From the NCBI GenBank assembly GCA_035635735.1, contig DASQAM010000281.1, forward strand, positions 1-32,172: a stretch of 32,172 nt of DNA, in the 5' to 3' direction. The notes under the pieces are model-generated. The model was given only the letters and a program-made list of their open reading frames with translations, had not been told where the DNA came from and ran no database searches. Below are positions 16,904 to 23,179 of this stretch, piece after piece. The DNA comes from Gemmatimonadales bacterium (GTDB lineage: Bacteria; Gemmatimonadota; Gemmatimonadetes; Gemmatimonadales; GWC2-71-9). The stretch's first letter is position 1. Every line of letters begins with the position of its first letter. The position numbers and the translations under genes are program-made.

Positions 16904-18877
16904 ATGACCTCCGCACGGCTCGAACTGGAGCAACTCGTCTATAGCGTCGCGTGGCCGGTGCGGGCGCTCGCCGCCGTGACTCACACTCTGGACCCGCTGC
17001 TGCGGAGCTCTATGGCGCGGCGGGTGGCGAAAGCCGGAGTCGACTTCTTCTGTGCGGTGGGGGCTGTGGTGGCCGCGGTGGCCGTGGGCGAGGGCGTGAA
17101 CCGCTTCGGCCCGGGCAACACCGCGACCCTCGCCGGAATAGTCGGGCTGCTGGTGGTCGCCGCCGACACGCTGTGCGGCAGCTATCGCACGATCTGGCGC
17201 TATACGAGTCTCAAGGAGGTTATGGCGGTCGGGTTCTCGAGCCTGGTGGTGCTCGGAGTGCTGCTCGCCGGACAATCCCTGGGCTTTCTCGACCTGTCCG
17301 GCGCGACCAACCTGCTGATCGCGCTGCTGCTGCTGTTTCTGTGCGTCGGCGCGCGCGCTCTGCGCCGCTGGTCGGTGGCCGATGCCAAGCGGCGGGAGCG
17401 CCTGGCGCCGGGTGGCCTGGTCCCCTCGCGCCGGGTCCTCATCGCCGGGGCCGGGGAGCACGGCCTCTCGATCGGGCGTGAGCTGCTGGTGAGTGCGGCG
17501 GCCGGTGTGGAGCTCGTGGGGTTCCTGGATGACGATCCGGCGAAGCTCGGCGCCGCGCTGAACGGTGTTCCCGTCCTCGGACGGCTGCAGGACGCCCTCG
17601 CGCTGGCGGAACGGCACCACGTGAGCGAGGTGATCGTCGCCATGCCCTCGGCCCGACCCGACGCGGTCCGCACGTTTGGCCTACAGCTCGAGGGCGCGGG
17701 TGTGCGGGTTCGCGCCGTGCGCGGCATCGAGCGGTTCGTGCTGGGCGGCGACCTCCATCGCCCGGGATCCGCGACGCTGCGCGACTTGCTCGACGCCGGG
17801 TCGCCCGTTCTCAAACACCAGGGCGCCGCCGACGGCGCGGGTCGCGTGCTGGTCACCGGCGGTGCCGGGTTCATCGGCTCACACCTGACGCGCATGCTGC
17901 TGGAGCGCGGGTACCACGTTCGAGTGCTGGACCGCTTTGATTACGGCCGCGCCGGCGTCGAAGGGTTGCACCACCCCCGCCTCGAAGTCATCCAGGGAGA
18001 CATCTGCAGCAGTCGAGACGTGAGCCGAGCGCTGCGCGACGTGCACGGTGTCCTGGCCCTCGCCGCGATCGTCGGTGACCCCGCGTGCAACCTCGATCCC
18101 GAGGAGACCATCAATCTCAATTACACCGCGACCAAAGTGCTCATCGAGGCGTGCAACTTTTACGGCGTGCGCCGCCTCGTGTTCGCCTCGAGCTGCAGCG
18201 TGTACGGTGCCAGCAACCTCGACCTCTTGACCGAGCGGTCGCGGCTGAACCCGGTGTCGTTGTACGCGAGGACTCGGGTCTTGAGCGAGAACCTCCTGTT
18301 CGACCGCGCGGGCGACGTCGAGCCCGTAGTGCTGCGGTTGTCCACGGTGTTCGGCCTCTCGCCGCGCATGCGCTTCGATCTCGTGGTGAACACCCTCACG
18401 GTGCGCGGCGTGGTGGAGGGTCGAATCCCGATCCAGGGCGGCAACCAGTGGCGACCCAACGTTCATTGCCGGGACGCGGCGCGCGCGTTCATCGCCGCGC
18501 TGGTGGCACCGGCCGAGCGGGTCGCCGGTGAAGTGTTCAACGTGGGCGGCGACGCCCTGAACCACCGCATCGCGGACCTCGGGGAAATGGTCGCGGGCAT
18601 CATCCCCGGCGTCGAAGTCATCCGCCAGCCGGATGTGGCCGATCCTCGTGACTATCGCGTCTCGTTCGAGAAGATCCGCACGGTCCTGGGGTTTGAGCCG
18701 GAATTCACCGTGGCCGAGGGAATCCGCGAGGTCGCGGCCGCGGTGCAGAGTCAGCCGGCGCTCCGCAGCTACCAGGATCCGGCGTTCCACAATGTGCACG
18801 CGCTGCGCCAGACCTTTGCGACGCCGCGGCGGCGGCGGGGGGATGTGGCGCCGCACGCCAGCCTCGCCCGGGCGTGA
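16904..18877 (+). CDS. Membrane-anchored NAD-dependent sugar epimerase/dehydratase: WbpM/PglF/CapD-like N-terminal TM + CoA-binding-like module fused to an extended-SDR domain
   Basis: About 4 N-terminal TM segments. The middle module reads VLIAGAGEHGLSIGREL...VGFLDDDPAKLG..NGVPVLG...VIVAMPS. The SDR domain has VLVTGGAGFIGSHL and FASSCSVYG. The catalytic motif reads YARTR (YxxxR) instead of YxxxK. Confidence 0.8.
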   Translation: MTSARLELEQLVYSVAWPVRALAAVTHTLDPLLRSSMARRVAKAGVDFFCAVGAVVAAVAVGEGVNRFGPGNTATLAGIVGLLVVAADTLCGSYRTIWRYTSLKEVMAVGFSSLVVLGVLLAGQSLGFLDLSGATNLLIALLLLFLCVGARALRRWSVADAKRRERLAPGGLVPSRRVLIAGAGEHGLSIGRELLVSAAAGVELVGFLDDDPAKLGAALNGVPVLGRLQDALALAERHHVSEVIVAMPSARPDAVRTFGLQLEGAGVRVRAVRGIERFVLGGDLHRPGSATLRDLLDAGSPVLKHQGAADGAGRVLVTGGAGFIGSHLTRMLLERGYHVRVLDRFDYGRAGVEGLHHPRLEVIQGDICSSRDVSRALRDVHGVLALAAIVGDPACNLDPEETINLNYTATKVLIEACNFYGVRRLVFASSCSVYGASNLDLLTERSRLNPVSLYARTRVLSENLLFDRAGDVEPVVLRLSTVFGLSPRMRFDLVVNTLTVRGVVEGRIPIQGGNQWRPNVHCRDAARAFIAALVAPAERVAGEVFNVGGDALNHRIADLGEMVAGIIPGVEVIRQPDVADPRDYRVSFEKIRTVLGFEPEFTVAEGIREVAAAVQSQPALRSYQDPAFHNVHALRQTFATPRRRRGDVAPHASLARA

Positions 18878-18935
18878 GCGGATTCGCTGCACGGCGCACC
18901 GGGCGGCCCCCCGCGACCGAGACGGTTCGAACAGG

Positions 18936-20399
18936 GTGACGCCGGTGCACGCCCGCAGGCTGGCATACCTGGCCGGCACCATTGCCCTAGGCTGCGGCGG
19001 GGCCGCGCCGATCCCGCTGGTCCCGCCCCGCGGCTACTATACGGCGCCTTCCGGCTCGACCAACGGGGACGGGACCTTGAGCAGCCCGTGGAGCCTGTCG
19101 ACCGCGTTGCTCGGGGGGAACGGAGCCGTTCGCCCGGGCGACACCATCTGGTTGCGCGGCGGCACCTACAGCGGCGAGTTCACGAGCACCCTCACCGGCA
19201 GCGGTCGCAGCCCGATTATCGTCCGAGGCCTCTCCGGCGAGCGGGCCACGATCGACGGCCGGCTGAACGTGTTCGGCGCCGACGCCGTGTACTGGGGGCT
19301 GGAGCTGATGCAGTCGGACCCGGTCGCGACCGGGGAGGACGCCCTGGATGCCACGGGACCGAGCAAGCAGTTCATCAACCTGGTGATTCACGACGCCGGG
19401 AAGCAGGGCTTCAGCTTCTACGACGCGGGGGGCGTGTCCGAGCTGTATGGGTCCATCATCTACAACAACGGGACTCATGAAGAGTTCGACCACGGGGTCT
19501 ACGCGGTCAACGACGCCGGCACCAAGTATATTCGCGACAACATCATCTTCAACAATCTGGCGTACGGGATCCATGTCTTCGCGACACCCGACCACTCCGT
19601 GCTCGCAGACGTGCACGTCGAAGGGAATGTCTCCTTCAATAACGGCTCCATCTCCACCCACGGTATGGCGAAATCGAATCTGGTCATGGGGGGAGACCAG
19701 CCGACCAAGGGGATGCACGCGCTGGACAACCGCCTCTATTTTGCGGCCGGTGCGACCGGATCGAACGCGCGCTTCGGCGTGGCGGGGCAAGCCAACGAGG
19801 ACGTGGAGCTGCGGAACAACTACGTGGTCGGCGGGGCCACCGCCCTGCAGCTCGAGAGCTGGCAGTCTGCCACCGTGCAGAACAACACCTGGCTCGGCGC
19901 CGAGGACATGGTATACCTGACCGCCGCCGCCGCCGCCGCCGCCCCGGCGTATACCTGGGGCGGCAACACGTGGTATCGCGACCCGGCCGCCTCCGCCTGG
20001 CGCTACGAGGCGACCCCCTACTCGTTCGACGCTTGGCGGACGGCCACCGGTCTGGGCGCGAGCGACCAGACGACGCAGGACGGCCCGACCGGGCAAGCGG
20101 TGTTCGTGCAGGCGAACCAGTACGAGCCGGGGCGCGCCCACATCATCGTATACAACTGGAGCGGGGAGGCGACGACCCTCGTGAACGTGTCGGGACTCCT
20201 GCACACCGGGGACCACTACGAGGTGCACAACGCCCAGGACTTCTTCGGGGTCCCCGTGACGACGGGTACCTACGACGGCAGCCCCATCGTCGTATCGATG
20301 GCCGGCGTCAATCCCCCGGTCCCGCTCGGCCGGAGCACGCCCACGCCGCCGAAGACGGCGCCGTTCTTCGACGTCTTCGTGCTCACCCGCACCCCGTAG
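18936..20399 (+). CDS. Right-handed parallel beta-helix (pectate-lyase-fold) lipoprotein; candidate glycan lyase/hydrolase/epimerase
   Basis: Start is GTG 18936 or GTG 18945; the track ORF 18633-20399 is over-extended. The signal peptide has a lipobox-like LAGTIALGC. The motif SSPWSLSTALLGGNGAVRPGDTIWLRGGTYSG is followed by repeated N-rich beta-helix turns (IIYNNG, IIFNNLAYGIHV, VSFNNG). Confidence 0.7.
   Translation: MTPVHARRLAYLAGTIALGCGGAAPIPLVPPRGYYTAPSGSTNGDGTLSSPWSLSTALLGGNGAVRPGDTIWLRGGTYSGEFTSTLTGSGRSPIIVRGLSGERATIDGRLNVFGADAVYWGLELMQSDPVATGEDALDATGPSKQFINLVIHDAGKQGFSFYDAGGVSELYGSIIYNNGTHEEFDHGVYAVNDAGTKYIRDNIIFNNLAYGIHVFATPDHSVLADVHVEGNVSFNNGSISTHGMAKSNLVMGGDQPTKGMHALDNRLYFAAGATGSNARFGVAGQANEDVELRNNYVVGGATALQLESWQSATVQNNTWLGAEDMVYLTAAAAAAAPAYTWGGNTWYRDPAASAWRYEATPYSFDAWRTATGLGASDQTTQDGPTGQAVFVQANQYEPGRAHIIVYNWSGEATTLVNVSGLLHTGDHYEVHNAQDFFGVPVTTGTYDGSPIVVSMAGVNPPVPLGRSTPTPPKTAPFFDVFVLTRTP
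19923..19943 (+). repeat. (GCC)7 trinucleotide tract encoding Ala7 inside the beta-helix lipoprotein gene
   Basis: Direct reading: acc gcc gcc gcc gcc gcc gcc gcc ccg. Confidence 0.95.
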
Positions 20400-20406
20400 C
20401 CCGACG

Positions 20407-21153
20407 ATGAACTGCAAGGCCCTGTTCTACCCGGAAAGCCGTTTCGGTGGCTTCACCGACAGCGACGCCTACGTCGTCTTCTACGCCCGGGTCAACGCGC
20501 TCCTGACGCCCGACTCGGTGGTGCTGGATATCGGTTGCGGACGCGGCGCCTATGCGGACGACCCGGTGGCGTTCCGGCGGCAACTGCGGATTCTCAAGGG
20601 CAAAGGCCGCCGGGTCATCGGGATCGACGTCGACCCGGCGGCGGCGGCGCATCCATTCCTCGACGAGTTCCGCCGGCTCGAGCCGGCGAACGGCCGCTGG
20701 CCGGTGGACGACGCCTCCATCGACGTCGCCGTGAGCGTCAGCGTCCTGGAGCACGTGGAGGACCCGGAGCATTTCTTCGCCGAATGTCGCCGCGTCATCA
20801 AGCCGGGGGGCTACCTCTGCCTGCGGACCACGAACGTCCTGAGCTATTTCGGCGTCGTCGCGCGCCTGATCCCGAACCGCTACCATGCCGCGATCATTCG
20901 TCGCGTGTCCGAGAGTCCCCGCGACGAGGTGGACGTCTTCCCCACGCTGTACCGCTGCAACACCCTCTTCAAGGTGCGACGGTTGTTGCGCCGGTTCGGG
21001 TTCGAGCACTACGTGTACGGTTACCAATCGGAGCCCTCGAGTCTCTCGTTTTCGCGCTTCTTCTATTTCTGGGGCGTCATCCACCAACACATCGCGCCCA
21101 CCATGCTGAAGCCCACCATCTTCGCCTTTGCGCGACGGGGACAGGCGGGGTAG
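20407..21153 (+). CDS. Class I SAM-dependent methyltransferase
   Basis: Motif I VVLDIGCGRGAY and a post-I acidic residue (GIDVD), plus LEHVEDP and IKPGGYLCL. Confidence 0.8.
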   Translation: MNCKALFYPESRFGGFTDSDAYVVFYARVNALLTPDSVVLDIGCGRGAYADDPVAFRRQLRILKGKGRRVIGIDVDPAAAAHPFLDEFRRLEPANGRWPVDDASIDVAVSVSVLEHVEDPEHFFAECRRVIKPGGYLCLRTTNVLSYFGVVARLIPNRYHAAIIRRVSESPRDEVDVFPTLYRCNTLFKVRRLLRRFGFEHYVYGYQSEPSSLSFSRFFYFWGVIHQHIAPTMLKPTIFAFARRGQAG

Positions 21154-21166
21154 ACAGGGAGCACCC

Positions 21167-23179
21167 ATGTGCGGCATTACGGGCTACTTTCGACCGGGCG
21201 GGCTGGACCCAAGCCGCGTAGACGCGACGCTCGCGGCGATGACGGACGTCATTCGTCACCGCGGGCCCGACGACAGTGGCACCTGGGTGGACGCTGGCGC
21301 GGGGATCGCGCTGGGGTTCCGCCGGCTCGCCATCCTCGACTTGACGCCCAACGGACACCAACCGATGGCGTCCGCCTGCGGACGCTATGTCCTGATCTTC
21401 AACGGCGAGATCTACAACTTTCGGGAGCTTCATAGCCAGCTGGTGGGCTTGGGTCATCGCTTCCGCGGGCACTCGGACACGGAAGTCATGCTGGCCGCGT
21501 TCAGCCAGTGGGGCGTGTTCGAGGCGGTCCAGCGCTTCAACGGGATGTTCGCATTCGCCCTCTGGGATCGGCACGATCGCGTGCTCCATTTCGCGCGCGA
21601 CCGCGCGGGGGAAAAGCCCGTCTACTACGGGTGGATGGGCGATACCCTGCTGTTCGGATCCGAGCTCAAGGCGCTGCGGGCCCACGACCAGTTCACCGCC
21701 GCGCTCGATCACGATGCGCTGGCCGTGTTTCTCCGGTTGGGGTACGTACCCTGCCCCCATACCATCTACCGAGGCATCTGGAAGCTGCCGCCCGGCACGC
21801 TCCTGAGCCTCCGGAGCGACCACGGCCACGAGCTACCGGCTCCAGTGCCCTATTGGTCCGCGCGTCAGGCCGTCGAACAGGGGTGCGCCGATCCCTTCCG
21901 CGGGTCGCCGGACGAAGCCCTGGAGCAGTTCGACACGCTGCTCCGGGACGCCGTCAAGATCCGCATGGAGGCGGACGTGCCCCTCGGCGCGTTTCTCTCG
22001 GGGGGCATCGACTCGTCCACCGTGGTCGCGCTGATGCAGGCGCAGAGCGATCGCCCGGTTCGCACCTTCACGATCGGCTTCCTCGAGGCCGGCTACAACG
22101 AGGCCCAGCACGCGCGGGCGGTCGCACGGCACCTCGGCACGGCGCACACGGAGCTGTACGTGACGCCGGTGGAAGCGCTCGCGGTGATTCCGCGCCTGCC
22201 CGCCTTGTACGACGAGCCATTCGCCGACCCGTCCATGATTCCGACGTTCCTCGTTTCCGAGCTGGCACGGCAGCACGTCACGGTGAGCCTGTCGGGCGAC
22301 GGCGGAGACGAGCTCTTCGGCGGGTACGGGCGCTACCGGCTGGGACGCGCGCTGTGGCGCAGCTTCGGCTGGATCCCTCACCGGCTGCGCCGAGGCGCGG
22401 CTGCCCTAATCCGGCCGCGTGGGGCGCCGGGACGGCTCTCGAACGCCGTCGACGACGTGGCCCGGCGCTTCACCGGCTCACGCAGCCTGCGCGAGCGGAT
22501 GCGGCAAGCGGCGGACGTGGTCTCCGCTCCATCGTCGACCGCCCTGTATCACTATCTCATGTCGTATTGGAAGCAACCGGCGACGGTGGCGCTCGGCGCC
22601 ACCGAGCCGCCTATTGCCCACACCGACCCTCGCCGCTGGGCGCACGTGCCCGAGATGGCGCACCAGATGATGTATCTGGACCTCGTCACCTATCTCCCGG
22701 ACGACATCCTGGTCAAGCTCGATCGCGCCAGCATGGGGGTCAGCCTCGAAGGTCGGGTCCCGCTGTTGGATCATCGCGTGATGGAGTTCGCCTGGCGCCT
22801 GCCCCTGGGGCTCAAGCTGCGAGACGGCGTGGGCAAGTGGCTGCTGCGTCGGTTGGTGCAGCAGTATCTGCCGCCGGCGTTGGCGGCGCGGCCCAAGATG
22901 GGGTTTGGCGTACCGATTTCCGCGTGGCTGCGCGGCCCACTGCGCCCCTGGGCGGAGGCCCTGCTCGACGAGCAGCGCCTCCGCCGGGAGGGGATTCTCG
23001 ATGCCCGACCGATCCGGACCAAGTGGATGGAGCACGCCTCGGGCCGGACCCGCTGGGATTACGACCTCTGGGCGGTGCTCATGTTCCAGGCCTGGCTGGA
23101 GGCGAACCCCGGCAAACCCGCCCGCGCGACGTCCCAGCCTTCACGCGCTCACCGGGACTCGTACGCTCCGATATCATAA
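21167..23179 (+). CDS. asnB: Asparagine synthase (glutamine-hydrolysing) family amidotransferase
   Basis: ATG 21167 has AGGGAG 6 nt upstream. The N-terminal nucleophile is MCGITGY, and a PP-loop is present (FLSGGIDSSTVVALM). This is the AsnB family, as seen in EPS loci; the true substrate is unknown. Confidence 0.85.
   Translation: MCGITGYFRPGGLDPSRVDATLAAMTDVIRHRGPDDSGTWVDAGAGIALGFRRLAILDLTPNGHQPMASACGRYVLIFNGEIYNFRELHSQLVGLGHRFRGHSDTEVMLAAFSQWGVFEAVQRFNGMFAFALWDRHDRVLHFARDRAGEKPVYYGWMGDTLLFGSELKALRAHDQFTAALDHDALAVFLRLGYVPCPHTIYRGIWKLPPGTLLSLRSDHGHELPAPVPYWSARQAVEQGCADPFRGSPDEALEQFDTLLRDAVKIRMEADVPLGAFLSGGIDSSTVVALMQAQSDRPVRTFTIGFLEAGYNEAQHARAVARHLGTAHTELYVTPVEALAVIPRLPALYDEPFADPSMIPTFLVSELARQHVTVSLSGDGGDELFGGYGRYRLGRALWRSFGWIPHRLRRGAAALIRPRGAPGRLSNAVDDVARRFTGSRSLRERMRQAADVVSAPSSTALYHYLMSYWKQPATVALGATEPPIAHTDPRRWAHVPEMAHQMMYLDLVTYLPDDILVKLDRASMGVSLEGRVPLLDHRVMEFAWRLPLGLKLRDGVGKWLLRRLVQQYLPPALAARPKMGFGVPISAWLRGPLRPWAEALLDEQRLRREGILDARPIRTKWMEHASGRTRWDYDLWAVLMFQAWLEANPGKPARATSQPSRAHRDSYAPIS

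Noticed and set aside
18921-18935. The tRNA T-loop-like string GGTTCGAAC in the 58-nt spacer before the beta-helix lipoprotein gene
   Set aside because: The spacer is too short for a tRNA. No acceptor, anticodon or D-arm can be drawn around it.
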